A stretch of DNA of 64,000 nt from the NCBI GenBank assembly GCA_963666515.2, contig OY762897.2:3552001-3616000 (forward strand), written 5' to 3'. A program made the translations under genes and the position numbers. Below are positions 1 to 10,558 of the stretch, in pieces. Under the pieces are notes generated by a model. That model searched no databases. It was given only the letters and a program-made list of their open reading frames with translations, and was not told the origin of the DNA. This stretch comes from Candidatus Binatia bacterium (GTDB lineage Bacteria; Desulfobacterota; Binatia; UBA9968; JAJDTQ01). The first letter of the stretch is position 1, and each line of letters opens with the position of its first letter.

Positions 1-638
<638 letters not shown>

Positions 639-656
639 GGGCGGCGGGACTGGACT

Positions 657-1772
657 TTGGACAAACGGGACTACTATGAAATCCTCGGCCTGAGCCGCAA
701 CGCCGGCGAGGACGAGATCAAGAAGGCGTACCGCAAGCTCGCCCTCCAGTACCATCCCGACCGGAACCCGGGCGACAAGCAGGCGGAGGAGAAGTTCAAG
801 GAGCTGTCCGAAGCCTACCAGGTGCTCTCCGATCCGGAGAAGCGGACCCGGTACGACCAGTTCGGCCATGCCGCGTTCGGCGAAAGCGGACCGTTCGCCG
901 GCGGCTTCGACTTCTCCCAGGGCTTCGAGGACATCTTCGGCGACATCTTCGGCGAGTTCTTCGGCGGGGGGGCAAGGGGCCGGGCGCGTTCGCGAGCCCA
1001 ACGGGGCGACGACCTGCGCTACAACCTGGAGATCAGCTTCGAGAACGCCGCCTTCGGCACCGAGCAGAAAATCAAGATCCCGCGCCACGGACCCTGCGAC
1101 GAGTGCGAGGGCACGGGCGCCGAGAAGGGCACCTCGCCGCAGACCTGCCCCGGCTGCAGGGGCACGGGGCAGATGGCCTTCCAGCAGGGGTTCTTCACCG
1201 TGTCCCGGACCTGCAGCCAGTGCGGCGGCCAGGGGCGGGTGATCGCCCACCCGTGCGCCACGTGCGGCGGCGCCGGTCTCACGCGCAAGTTCCACACCAT
1301 CAACGTCAAGATCCCGGCAGGGGTGGACACGGGCTCGCGGCTCAAGCTGCGCGGCGAGGGGGAGAACGGCGCCCGCGGCGGCCCGCCCGGCGACCTGTAC
1401 GTGGTCATCATCGTCCAGGACCACCCCATCTTCGCCCGCGAAGGGACCGACGTCATCTGCGAGATGCCCATCAGCTTCGTCAACGCCGCCCTCGGGGCCG
1501 AGATCGAGGTGCCCACCCTGGAGGGCAAGGTCAAGATGAAGGTCCCTTCCGGCACCCAGTCGCACGCGGTCTTCCGCCTCAAGGGCAAGGGCATCCGGGA
1601 CGTGCATGGGGGCCGCCGGGGCGACGAGCACGTGCGCGTCCTGGTGGAGACCCCGACCCGGTTGAGCGCGCGCCAGAAGGAGCTGCTCAAGGATTTTGCC
1701 GAGGAGGGCGGGGAGGAAGCCCATCCTATTGCCAAAGGGTTCTTCGAGAAGGTAAAGGAACTGTTCGACTGA
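657..1772 (+). CDS. dnaJ: Co-chaperone DnaJ
   Basis: J-domain HPD motif, G/F-rich region, four CxxCxGxG repeats. Confidence 0.97.
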   Translation: MDKRDYYEILGLSRNAGEDEIKKAYRKLALQYHPDRNPGDKQAEEKFKELSEAYQVLSDPEKRTRYDQFGHAAFGESGPFAGGFDFSQGFEDIFGDIFGEFFGGGARGRARSRAQRGDDLRYNLEISFENAAFGTEQKIKIPRHGPCDECEGTGAEKGTSPQTCPGCRGTGQMAFQQGFFTVSRTCSQCGGQGRVIAHPCATCGGAGLTRKFHTINVKIPAGVDTGSRLKLRGEGENGARGGPPGDLYVVIIVQDHPIFAREGTDVICEMPISFVNAALGAEIEVPTLEGKVKMKVPSGTQSHAVFRLKGKGIRDVHGGRRGDEHVRVLVETPTRLSARQKELLKDFAEEGGEEAHPIAKGFFEKVKELFD

Positions 1773-1780
1773 GGGCAACC

Positions 1781-4261
1781 ATGGACGTATCGGACAAGGA
1801 CACCGCGGAGCTCGTCGCGGACCGGCCCGTCGCCGACATCCCCGACGTCATCCCCCTCCTGCCCATCCGGGACATCGTCATCTATCCCTACATGATGATC
1901 CCGCTGTTCGTGGGGCGGGAACTCTCCATCAACGCGGTGAACGAAGCGCTGGCGCGCGACCGGCACATCTTCCTCGTGGTGCAGAAGGACCCCACGGAGG
2001 ACGCCCCGGCCGCCGGCGACCTCTACCGCGTGGGCACGGTGGCGACCATCCTGCGCATGCTGAAGCTCGACGACGGACGCGTGAAGGTCCTGGTGCAGGG
2101 GCTCACCAAGGGCGCCATCGAGTCCGTGATCAAGGAAGAGCCGTACTTCGAGGTGCGGATCGAGAAGGTCCTCGAGCCGCAGGTCATCGAGCTTTCCGTC
2201 GAGGTCGAGGCGCTCATGCGCAGCGTCAAGGAGAAGATCGAGCAGATCCTCAACCTCAAGAACCTCCCGCCCGAGATCGTGATGGTCACCGACAACGTGG
2301 TGGAGCCCGGCGTGCTCGCCGACCTGGTGGCTTCCAACCTGCGCCTCAAGATCGACGAGAGCCAGGCCATCCTGGAAATCTACGAGCCCATCGAGCGGCT
2401 CCAGAAGGTCAACGAGCTGCTCACCCGGGAGCTGGAGCTGGCCACCATGCAGGCGCGCATCCAGAACCAGGCCAAGGACGAGATGAGCAAGACCCAGCGG
2501 GAGTACTTCCTGCGGGAGCAGCTCCGGCAGATCCACCAGGAGCTGGGGGAGGGCGACGACAAGACCGAGGAGGTGAACGAGATCAAGTCGCAGATCGACA
2601 AGGCCGGGATGCCGCCGGAGGTCAAGAAGGAGGCCGCCAAGCAGCTCAAGCGGCTGGAGCAGATGCACCCGGAGTCCTCGGAGTCCTCGCTGGTAAGGAC
2701 CTACCTGGACTGGATGGTGGAGCTTCCCTGGAGCGTGAGGACCGACGACAACCTCGACCTCAAGAAGGCCAAGCGGGTCCTGGACGAGGACCACTTCAAC
2801 CTGGAGAAGATCAAGGAGCGCTTCCTCGAGTACCTCGCGGTGAACAAGCTGCGGAAGGAGATCCGCGGCCCCATCCTGTGCTTCGTGGGCCCGCCGGGGG
2901 TGGGCAAGACCTCCCTGGGGAAATCCATCGCCCGGGCGCTGGGGCGGAACTTCGTGCGCATCTCGCTGGGCGGCATCCGCGACGAGGCGGAAATCCGCGG
3001 ACACCGCCGGACCTACGTGGGCGCCCTGCCCGGCCGCATCATCCAGGGCATGAAGCAGGCCGGCTCCAGCAACCCCGTGTTCATGCTCGACGAGCTGGAC
3101 AAGCTCGGCAACGACTTCCGCGGCGACCCGTCCGCGGCCCTGCTGGAGGTGCTCGACCCGGAGCAGAACCACGCCTTCAGCGACCACTACCTGAACGTCC
3201 CGTTCGACCTCTCCAGCGTGCTGTTCATCTGCACCGCCAACCTGCTCGACACGGTGCCGCCGGCGCTGCGCGACCGCATGGAGGTCATCAACCTCTCCGG
3301 CTACACCAACGAGGAGAAGCTGGAGATCGCGCGGCGGTTCCTGATCCCCCGGCAGTTGGAGGAGGCGGGCATCTCCGGCGACCTGCTGGACGTGTCCAAT
3401 GACGCGGTGCTGCGGATCATCGAGCAATACACACGGGAAGCCGGTCTACGGAACCTCGAACGGGAGATGGCGTCCATCTGCCGCAAGGTGGCGCGCAAGG
3501 TGGCCGACGGCCGCACCGCGCGCACCCGCATCACCCGCAGGAACCTGCAGCAGTATCTCGGCCCCCCGCGGTTCCTGACCGAGACCCAGGAGCAGAACGA
3601 GATCGGCGTCGCCACGGGGCTGGCGTGGACCAGCGCCGGCGGCGAGGTGCTGCACGTCGAGGCCTCGCTGTCCAAGGGCCGCGGCAACCTCACGCTGACG
3701 GGCCAGTTGGGCGACGTCATGCGGGAATCGGCCCAGGCCGCGGTGAGCTACGCGCGCGCCCAGGCCAAGAACCTGGGGCTCGAAGAGAACTTCTACCAGA
3801 AACAGGACATCCACATTCACGTGCCGTCGGGCTCCATCCCCAAGGACGGCCCGTCCGCGGGCATCACCATGGGCACCGCGCTCATCTCCGCGCTGACCCG
3901 GCGGCCGGTGAGCCGCAACGTCGCCATGACCGGCGAGATCACGCTCCGGGGCCGGGTGCTGCCGGTGGGCGGCCTCAAGGAGAAGTGCCTGGCGGCTTTC
4001 CGCTCCGGGGTCGAGACCGTGGCCATCCCGTTCCAGAACCAGAAGGACCTGGAAGAAATCCCGCGCCCCCTGCGCAACAAGCTGCACTTCATCCTGGCGC
4101 GCAACATGAACGACGTGCTGGCGGCGGCCTTCGGCGACAAGCAGCCGGCCGGCGACGCCGCCGAGCCGCCGAAGGCGAGGGCCGCGGCCAAGCCCAAGAA
4201 GGCCGCCCGGCGCACCCGCCCCAAGCCCCCGAGGGACAGAACGGTGCCCGCCAACGCCTGA
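1781..4261 (+). CDS. lon: ATP-dependent Lon protease
   Basis: LON N-domain, Walker A GPPGVGKT, KDGPSAG Ser and GGLKEK Lys; start placed at ATG 1781, just after the dnaJ stop. Confidence 0.96.
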   Translation: MDVSDKDTAELVADRPVADIPDVIPLLPIRDIVIYPYMMIPLFVGRELSINAVNEALARDRHIFLVVQKDPTEDAPAAGDLYRVGTVATILRMLKLDDGRVKVLVQGLTKGAIESVIKEEPYFEVRIEKVLEPQVIELSVEVEALMRSVKEKIEQILNLKNLPPEIVMVTDNVVEPGVLADLVASNLRLKIDESQAILEIYEPIERLQKVNELLTRELELATMQARIQNQAKDEMSKTQREYFLREQLRQIHQELGEGDDKTEEVNEIKSQIDKAGMPPEVKKEAAKQLKRLEQMHPESSESSLVRTYLDWMVELPWSVRTDDNLDLKKAKRVLDEDHFNLEKIKERFLEYLAVNKLRKEIRGPILCFVGPPGVGKTSLGKSIARALGRNFVRISLGGIRDEAEIRGHRRTYVGALPGRIIQGMKQAGSSNPVFMLDELDKLGNDFRGDPSAALLEVLDPEQNHAFSDHYLNVPFDLSSVLFICTANLLDTVPPALRDRMEVINLSGYTNEEKLEIARRFLIPRQLEEAGISGDLLDVSNDAVLRIIEQYTREAGLRNLEREMASICRKVARKVADGRTARTRITRRNLQQYLGPPRFLTETQEQNEIGVATGLAWTSAGGEVLHVEASLSKGRGNLTLTGQLGDVMRESAQAAVSYARAQAKNLGLEENFYQKQDIHIHVPSGSIPKDGPSAGITMGTALISALTRRPVSRNVAMTGEITLRGRVLPVGGLKEKCLAAFRSGVETVAIPFQNQKDLEEIPRPLRNKLHFILARNMNDVLAAAFGDKQPAGDAAEPPKARAAAKPKKAARRTRPKPPRDRTVPANA

Positions 4262-4302
4262 GCAATGCGGCGTCAGCGCGAGGCGCCGTCACGCACACCC
4301 CC

Positions 4303-5340
4303 ATGAGACTTCGGGACCTGGGAGAGTTCGGGTTCATCGACCTGATACAAAGGCAGACCCCGCGCAGGCGCGGCGTGCGTCTGGGCATCGGCGACGACGC
4401 CGCCCGGGTTTCCACACCCGACGACTCGCTGCTGTTCACCTCGGACCTCCTCATCGAAGGCGTCCACTTCAACCGCGACTGGATCTCCATGCGCGACCTC
4501 GGACACAAGTCCCTCACCGCCAGCCTGAGCGACATCGCCGCCATGGGCGGGCGGCCGGCGTATTTCCTGCTGTCGCTGGCGCTGCCCGACCTCGCCACGC
4601 AAACGGCGGCCGCGCTGGTCCGCGGCATCCACGCCGCGGCCGCGGAGCACCGGGTGGCGCTGGTGGGAGGCGACACCTGCGCCGCGGACCGCGTGATCAT
4701 CGACGTGTTCCTGGCCGGCTTCGCGCCCCACGGCGCGGTGACCCGCAGCGGCGCCCGGGCGGGCGACGACATCTACGTCACCGGCATGCTGGGAGACTCG
4801 GCGCTGGGCCTGGCGCTGCTCTCCGAGCCACGCACCGGGGACTCGGCATCGGGCCGGGCGCCGCTTTCCGAGCCACGCGGCACGGTCTCGGCCAGGGACC
4901 GCAACTACCTCGTGAGCAGGCACCACCGGCCCACGGCGCGGGTGAAGACCGGCATGGAGCTGGCCAGGCAAGGCTTGGCCCGGGCGATGATGGACGTGAG
5001 CGACGGGCTGGCCCAGGACCTGGAGCACATCTGCCGGGCCAGCGGCGCCGGCGCGGTGGTGTACCAGGACCGGGTGCCGCTTTCGCCCGCCTTCCGGCGG
5101 GTCGCCGGTCCGGACGACCTCGCCTGCGCGCTGGCCGGCGGCGAGGACTACGAGTTGCTGTTCACCGCCCGGAGCGACGCGCGCAAGGGGGTGGAACGGG
5201 TCGCCCGGCGCACCGGGGTCCCCATCACCCGCATCGGCGAATGCGTGCCCCGGAAGCACGGCGTCACGCTGGTGGACCCGCGGGGGGAGCGCGCGCCCTT
5301 CACGGCCCTTGGCTACGACCACTTCAAGGGGGTGGGTTAG
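4303..5340 (+). CDS. thiL: Thiamine-monophosphate kinase
   Basis: GEFGFI, GIGDDAA, SDIAAMGG, GGDT, DVSDGL, GGEDYELLFT and GYDHF motifs. Confidence 0.93.
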   Translation: MRLRDLGEFGFIDLIQRQTPRRRGVRLGIGDDAARVSTPDDSLLFTSDLLIEGVHFNRDWISMRDLGHKSLTASLSDIAAMGGRPAYFLLSLALPDLATQTAAALVRGIHAAAAEHRVALVGGDTCAADRVIIDVFLAGFAPHGAVTRSGARAGDDIYVTGMLGDSALGLALLSEPRTGDSASGRAPLSEPRGTVSARDRNYLVSRHHRPTARVKTGMELARQGLARAMMDVSDGLAQDLEHICRASGAGAVVYQDRVPLSPAFRRVAGPDDLACALAGGEDYELLFTARSDARKGVERVARRTGVPITRIGECVPRKHGVTLVDPRGERAPFTALGYDHFKGVG

Positions 5341-5346
5341 GCCGCC

Positions 5347-6096
5347 ATGGACGAAGAGAAGCTGACAGAACTGCTGGAAGGCGTGCGGCGCGGCGCGGTC
5401 ACGGTCGACGAAGCCCTGAAGCGGCTGGAGCACCTCCCCTTCGAGGACCTGGGGTTTGCCAAGGTGGACCATCACCGGGCCTTGCGGCAGGGGTTTCCCG
5501 AGGTCATCCTTGGGGAAGGCAAGGAAGTGCCGGACATCGCGGCCATAGCCCGGGCCATCCGCAAACGGGGCGCCAGCGTGCTCATCACCCGGCTGTCCGA
5601 AGAGAAGGTGGACGCCCTCAAGACGCGCCTCCGGGGGTTCCGCTTCCACCGCCAGGCCCGGTGCGCCACCTGGCGCCCCAAGGACGCCCCGGTCAAGGGC
5701 AAGGGGACCATCGCGGTGGTGTGCGCCGGCACCTCGGACATCCCGGTGGCCGAGGAGGCCGCGGTCACCGCCGAGATCATGGGCAACCGGGTGGAGCGGG
5801 TGTACGACGTGGGGGTGGCCGGGCTGCACCGGCTGCTGGGCCACCACCGGCAGCTCACCGAGGCGGCGCTGCTCATCGTGGTGGCGGGCATGGAGGGGGC
5901 CCTGCCCAGCGTGGTGGCCGGGCTGGTCCGGCGGCCGGTCATTGCGGTGCCCACCAGCGTCGGCTACGGCGCCAGCTTCGGCGGCCTGTCGGCGCTCCTG
6001 GCCATGCTCAACTCCTGCGCCGCGGGGGTGACGGTGGTGAACATCGACAACGGCTTCGGCGCCGGCTTCGCGGCCTCGCTGATCAACAGGGATTGA
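5347..6096 (+). CDS. larB: LarB / AIR-carboxylase-like nickel-pincer cofactor biosynthesis protein
   Basis: DHHRALRQGFPEVI, AGTSDIPVAEEA, DVGVAGLHRL, PTSVGYG, VVNIDNGFGA. Confidence 0.9.
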   Translation: MDEEKLTELLEGVRRGAVTVDEALKRLEHLPFEDLGFAKVDHHRALRQGFPEVILGEGKEVPDIAAIARAIRKRGASVLITRLSEEKVDALKTRLRGFRFHRQARCATWRPKDAPVKGKGTIAVVCAGTSDIPVAEEAAVTAEIMGNRVERVYDVGVAGLHRLLGHHRQLTEAALLIVVAGMEGALPSVVAGLVRRPVIAVPTSVGYGASFGGLSALLAMLNSCAAGVTVVNIDNGFGAGFAASLINRD

Positions 6097-6143
6097 CGGG
6101 CAGGGCCGGATATGGGCTAATTTCGGTAGCAGGAACGACGACA

Positions 6144-6572
6144 ATGGCGGACGAGGACAAGAAATACAGGGTTATCAGGCGGTCGTCGGAGTTGAGCATC
6201 CGGCTCTCCGGCGACTCGCTGCCTCAGCTTCTCGCGGACGCCGGGCTGGCGCTGTTCGACCTGCTGGTGGACCCGGAATCGGTGGAGGCGCGGGAGAGCG
6301 TCGCCCTGGAGGTGGAAGGGCTGGACAACGACGACCTGATGGTCAACTGGATACGGGAACTGCTCTACGAGTACCAGGCCAGCGGCTTCGTGCTGAAGGA
6401 GTTCGACATCCATGAGGCCGGGGAGTTCTTCGTGCGCGCCGAGGCGCGGGGAGAGAAATTCGACCCCGACCGCCACGAAGAGCGCGAGGCCATCGCCGCG
6501 GTTGACGAACGGCTCAGTCACTTGGGCAAGATGGGGTCCCAATGGACCGCCCAGGTAGGTTTCGAGCTGTGA
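6144..6572 (+). CDS. Archease-like protein with divergent metal-binding motifs
   Basis: 142 aa; LMVNWIRELLY and ARGEKFDPDRH resemble archease; canonical HTAD and KAVTYH motifs absent. Confidence 0.7.
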   Translation: MADEDKKYRVIRRSSELSIRLSGDSLPQLLADAGLALFDLLVDPESVEARESVALEVEGLDNDDLMVNWIRELLYEYQASGFVLKEFDIHEAGEFFVRAEARGEKFDPDRHEEREAIAAVDERLSHLGKMGSQWTAQVGFEL

Positions 6573-6590
6573 GGCGCCAAGGGCGGCCCC

Positions 6591-7955
6591 ATGCGTGACG
6601 AGTACTCCGGGTGCTCCCTCATCGCCGACCCGATCCACCGCTACATCCCTTTCACGGTCCCGCAGAACGCCGGCGAGGTCACGGAAAAGGACCTCATCGA
6701 TTCCCCCTGGTTCCAGCGCCTCCGCTACATCTTCCAGCTTCAGAGCGCCCGCTGGGTCTATCCCTCGGCGGAGCACAGCCGCTTCCAGCACTGCCTGGGG
6801 GCCATGCACCTGGCCGGCGCCTTCGCCCGCGGCCTGTACCCCTCGCTGCGCAAGGTGCTGGGCGAAGAATGCCCTTCCGCCAACTACGTGGAAGAGTACA
6901 TGCGGGTCACCGGCCTGCTGCACGACGTGGGCCACGGCCCGTTCTGCCACTTCTTCGACAACCACTTCCTCAGCCGGCACGGCCTGATCCACGAGGACCT
7001 CTCCCAGGTCATCATCCGCGAGCACCTCGGCGACGTCATCCGCGCCATCCGCCGCAGCCCATCGGGACCCTTCGCCGAAGGCGAAATGCTCGACCCCGAG
7101 GACGTCGCCTTCCCCATCAAGAAGGACTCCGAGGACGACCCCGCCAAACCCCGGTGGCTCCGTTTCCTCCAGCCCCTGACCAACGGCATCTTCACCTTCG
7201 ACAACCTCGACTACGTGTCGCGCGATTCCTACATGTGCGGCGTGGCGGTGGGACCCGTCGACCGGGACCGGCTCATCTACTACACCTTCATCTCGCCCAA
7301 GGGGCTGACCCTGCACCGTTCCGGCGAGGGCGCCCTGACCATGTTCCTGAACGCCCGCAAGTACCTGTACGAGAACGTCTACTTCCACCGCACCACCCGG
7401 GCCATCGACGCCCACCTCCAGGAACTGTTCCCGGAGACCATGGCGCGGATCGCGCCGGGAAACCCGCTGGACCACATGGAGCAGTACCTGCACCTGACGG
7501 ACTGGTCGTTGCTGCAGGAAGTGTCCCGCTGGCGCCGGCTCGACACCCCGCTGGGGCGCGAGTGGGGGCGCATCCTCGACCGCGACCTCAAGTGGCGGCT
7601 GGCTTACGAGCGGACGCTTTCGGCCGCGGAGATGGCGAGCGGGCTCGACCTCATCGAGGTCCACGAGTGGGAGGTGCTGATCCGGGCGGCCCTGCCCCCG
7701 GAGCAGCGGGACCTGGTGTACCACGTGGACATCGCCAGCCAGGACTCGCGGCCGGAGAACCCCATGGCCATGGGCAAGAAGCAGATCCACACCTACGACC
7801 CGTCCACCGGCGCCATCACCAAGGAGTCCATGGCCGAGCTGTTCGCCTACATCCCTTCCAAGATCGTCAAGTTCCGCGTCTTCGCCCTGGACCACGACCA
7901 CGACCGGCTGCTGGCCTCCTGCACCGAGGAGGTGTTCGAGGGCGCGGGAAAGTGA
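6591..7955 (+). CDS. HD-domain phosphohydrolase (SAMHD1/dNTPase-like)
   Basis: DPIH, FQRLRYIFQL, HSRFQHCLG, LLHDVGHGPF, LDYVSRD, VYFHR. Confidence 0.9.
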   Translation: MRDEYSGCSLIADPIHRYIPFTVPQNAGEVTEKDLIDSPWFQRLRYIFQLQSARWVYPSAEHSRFQHCLGAMHLAGAFARGLYPSLRKVLGEECPSANYVEEYMRVTGLLHDVGHGPFCHFFDNHFLSRHGLIHEDLSQVIIREHLGDVIRAIRRSPSGPFAEGEMLDPEDVAFPIKKDSEDDPAKPRWLRFLQPLTNGIFTFDNLDYVSRDSYMCGVAVGPVDRDRLIYYTFISPKGLTLHRSGEGALTMFLNARKYLYENVYFHRTTRAIDAHLQELFPETMARIAPGNPLDHMEQYLHLTDWSLLQEVSRWRRLDTPLGREWGRILDRDLKWRLAYERTLSAAEMASGLDLIEVHEWEVLIRAALPPEQRDLVYHVDIASQDSRPENPMAMGKKQIHTYDPSTGAITKESMAELFAYIPSKIVKFRVFALDHDHDRLLASCTEEVFEGAGK

Positions 7956-7956
7956 G
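7874..7956 (+). repeat. Direct repeat copy 1 (3' end of the HD gene); copy 2 at 12118-12199
   Basis: Manual alignment of about 83 bp shows 6 substitutions and 1 deletion. Confidence 0.9.
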
Positions 7957-7959
7957 CGC

Positions 7960-8850
7960 CTACCGGAAGACCTTCGCGCGCAGCCACGCCGCGGCGTGGG
8001 CGGCCAGCACCAGCCCGCAGCCCAGCGCCACCATGGTGGGTCCCAGGGGAATGTCGAACTGGTAGCAGACCGCGAACCCGGCCACGCCGATGGCGGCGCC
8101 GGCCAGGGACGACGCGATGAAATAGGGCGCCATGCGTGACACCAGCGGCCGCACGGCGATGGGCGGCAGCACCAGGAAGCCGAAGGTGAGCAGCGGCCCG
8201 GCCATGATCACTCCCAACGCCACGGTGACCCCGGCCAGCAGGTAGAGAAGAAGGTCCCATACGGCGACGCCTCCCTTCAAGAGGACGGTGAGGTCGCGAT
8301 CGAACGACGACATCAGCAGCTCGCGGCGAAAAAGGACGAGGCACGCCATCACCACCGCATAGACCGTGCCCAGGGTGGCGAGCTCGGTCCACGACAACAC
8401 CACCGCCTCTCCCTTGACCAGACTCAGGATCGTCGCTTCGCCGAAGGGATAGAACGCCAGGAACAGGACCGTGAGCGACCCCGCCAGGGCGTAGGTCACG
8501 GCCAGGCGGGTCTCCGCGCGGCCGTTGCGGCGCGAGTCCATCAGGCCCAGGAGCACCATCCCGCCGAAGGTGAACAGCAGCGAACCGCCGTAGGCGAGCA
8601 GCCGTTCGACCTTGTGCGCGTCGCCCGACGCGTGGCCCGGATGCGGCACCAGCCCGACCTCGTGCGCGAACAACGCGAACGCCACCCCCGCGGCCGCCAG
8701 TTGCGGCAGCGTCAGGCCCAGCAGCACGCTCCGCCTGAGCACCAGAAAGCCCCCTACCACCGGACACACCAGACCCAGGACGATGCTTCCGACCACCGCG
8801 GGAAACAGCAGGAAGGACGGGCTCAGGACCTCCAGGAACGCACTCGCCAC
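7960..8850 (-). CDS. Zn/Mn ABC transporter permease (ZnuB/ABC-3 family)
   Basis: Multi-TM protein with CPVVGGFLVLRR, SFDRD and DIPLGPT; GTG start inferred at 8850. Confidence 0.85.
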   Translation of the reverse strand: MASAFLEVLSPSFLLFPAVVGSIVLGLVCPVVGGFLVLRRSVLLGLTLPQLAAAGVAFALFAHEVGLVPHPGHASGDAHKVERLLAYGGSLLFTFGGMVLLGLMDSRRNGRAETRLAVTYALAGSLTVLFLAFYPFGEATILSLVKGEAVVLSWTELATLGTVYAVVMACLVLFRRELLMSSFDRDLTVLLKGGVAVWDLLLYLLAGVTVALGVIMAGPLLTFGFLVLPPIAVRPLVSRMAPYFIASSLAGAAIGVAGFAVCYQFDIPLGPTMVALGCGLVLAAHAAAWLRAKVFR

Positions 8851-8860
8851 GCCCGCACCC

Positions 8861-9535
8861 CTACGCCTGCCCGTGCTCGTGCACGCCGCCGTCGGCAAGG
8901 CGGAGCACCCGTCCGCAGGTCCAGTCGAGGATATCGCTGTCGTGGCTGGAGAGGACGATGGTCGTCCGCAACCCGCGGTTGAGATCGACCAGTTGTCGCG
9001 CGATGTCTTCGCGGGCGTTCCGGTCCACGCCGGCGAAAGGCTCATCGAGAAGCAGCAATGCCGGATCCACGGTCAGCGCCCGTGCGATGAGCGCCCGCTG
9101 GCGCTGACCGCCCGAGAGGTGGAAAAACACCGCTCGCCGGAGCCGGGCCAGCCCTACCCGCTCCAGAGCCGCATCGACCCGTTGGCGCTCGTGTCCGGAG
9201 AATCGCCGCCAGGGACGCAGCCGGCCGTAGGCCCCCATGGCCGCCACCTCCCACACGGTCAAGGGGAAGTAGGCGTCGAGGGAGGCGTGCTGGGGTACGT
9301 AGCCGAGACGGGCGCGCGGAAGGCGCCGTTCCACGCTGCCGCCGCGCGGCGGGAGCAGGCCCAGCATGGACCGGAGGAGGGTGGTCTTGCCGGAGCCGTT
9401 GGCTCCCGCCAACCCGACGAATTCACCGGCATCGATGCGCAGGTGGACATCGTCGAGCACCGTCTCGGCGCCATACCCCAGCGACGCGTGCTGCAGCACA
9501 AGGACCGGGCGCGCGGACCCGTCGCCCGCGGTCAC
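8861..9535 (-). CDS. Zn/Mn ABC transporter ATP-binding subunit (ZnuC-like)
   Basis: GANGSGKT, LSGGQRQR, LLLDEPFAGVD, SSHD; GTGA overlap with the upstream binding-protein gene. Confidence 0.9.
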   Translation of the reverse strand: MTAGDGSARPVLVLQHASLGYGAETVLDDVHLRIDAGEFVGLAGANGSGKTTLLRSMLGLLPPRGGSVERRLPRARLGYVPQHASLDAYFPLTVWEVAAMGAYGRLRPWRRFSGHERQRVDAALERVGLARLRRAVFFHLSGGQRQRALIARALTVDPALLLLDEPFAGVDRNAREDIARQLVDLNRGLRTTIVLSSHDSDILDWTCGRVLRLADGGVHEHGQA

Positions 9536-10455
9536 CGGCCGGCCGCCTCCGACAGGCGGGTGACGAGATGGTCGATGAACTTGATGTAGGTTTCGACCCC
9601 CGGGCCGCCCGCGTACAGCGGCACCTGCACGAGCCTGGCGCCGGTCTCCCGGGCGACGCGTCGCGGCACCCTGGGCGGATGCGTGCCGTACACCACCAGC
9701 GGGACCCGCGCGGCCTTCATCCGCTCGACCAGTTGGACGATGTGCGCCGGCGTCGGCCCGATGCCGGCCGCCAGTTCCAGGGTGCCGAACAGCCGCATGC
9801 CGTAGCGCTTGGCGAAATAGGCCATGTCGTCGTGGTAGCTGACAAACTGGACGCCGTCGAGGCCCCGGGCCGTCTTCTGCCACTCGGGTATGCGCCGGTC
9901 CAGCTCCGCGACGTAAGCCTGCAGGTTCTTCATGAAGAAGGGGCGGTGCTCGCCGTGGGCCTTCGACAGGCCTTCGGCGATGTTCCGCGCAATCAGCTTT
10001 CCCAGGACCGGGTCCAGGTTGTAGTGGGGATTGCCCCTCGGATGGATGTCGCCAGCCTTTCGCGAATAGGTCTTGGGCGGCTTCAGGGGCACGATACCCG
10101 CGGAGGTATCGATATGGCCGATCCCTCCGCGAGAGATTCGCGGGTTGGCGGCCACGTCGAGCAGCGCCGGCAGGAATGCATGCTCCAGCGCCAGCCCCAT
10201 CAGCACCACCGCATCCGCGCGGTTGAGCCGGGTGACCATGCTGGGTTTCACCTGGACGCTGTGGATGTCCCGGACGCCGAGGGTGAGACTCTCGACCGAA
10301 ACCCGCTCCTTGCCGATCTGCCGGGTGATGTCGGCCAGATCCGGGATGGTGGCGACCACCCGGATATTCTCGGCCGCGGCCGAACCGACGACCGCCAGGA
10401 CCAGCGACAGGGTGAGGGCCGCCAGCGGCCACTGCCGTGTGAACGTGCTCGTCAT
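9532..10455 (-). CDS. Metal ABC transporter substrate-binding protein (ZnuA/TroA family)
   Basis: Signal peptide; DIH, GDIHPRGNPHY and YHDD metal-site motifs. Confidence 0.9.
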   Translation of the reverse strand: MTSTFTRQWPLAALTLSLVLAVVGSAAAENIRVVATIPDLADITRQIGKERVSVESLTLGVRDIHSVQVKPSMVTRLNRADAVVLMGLALEHAFLPALLDVAANPRISRGGIGHIDTSAGIVPLKPPKTYSRKAGDIHPRGNPHYNLDPVLGKLIARNIAEGLSKAHGEHRPFFMKNLQAYVAELDRRIPEWQKTARGLDGVQFVSYHDDMAYFAKRYGMRLFGTLELAAGIGPTPAHIVQLVERMKAARVPLVVYGTHPPRVPRRVARETGARLVQVPLYAGGPGVETYIKFIDHLVTRLSEAAGR

Positions 10456-10558
10456 GGAAACTCTCCCCTGGCGCTCTTTCCAGGCGGGGATGCGCTGCGT
10501 TCGTCCCGGAGCCGGCCCCCGCCATGCCGGCCCCGGTGTCTCGTCCGGTTAACCGGCG

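Noticed and set aside
5347-6096. Complete lactate-racemase (lar) system
   Set aside because: Only larB is present; larA, larC and larE are not in the window, and dispersed larB genes are common.
1019-7901. Long antisense and alternate-frame ORFs (e.g. 1019-3427, 4273-6144, 6117-7901) and similar ones across the window
   Set aside because: Shadow ORFs expected from high GC3 bias; they overlap well-supported genes and show no motifs.
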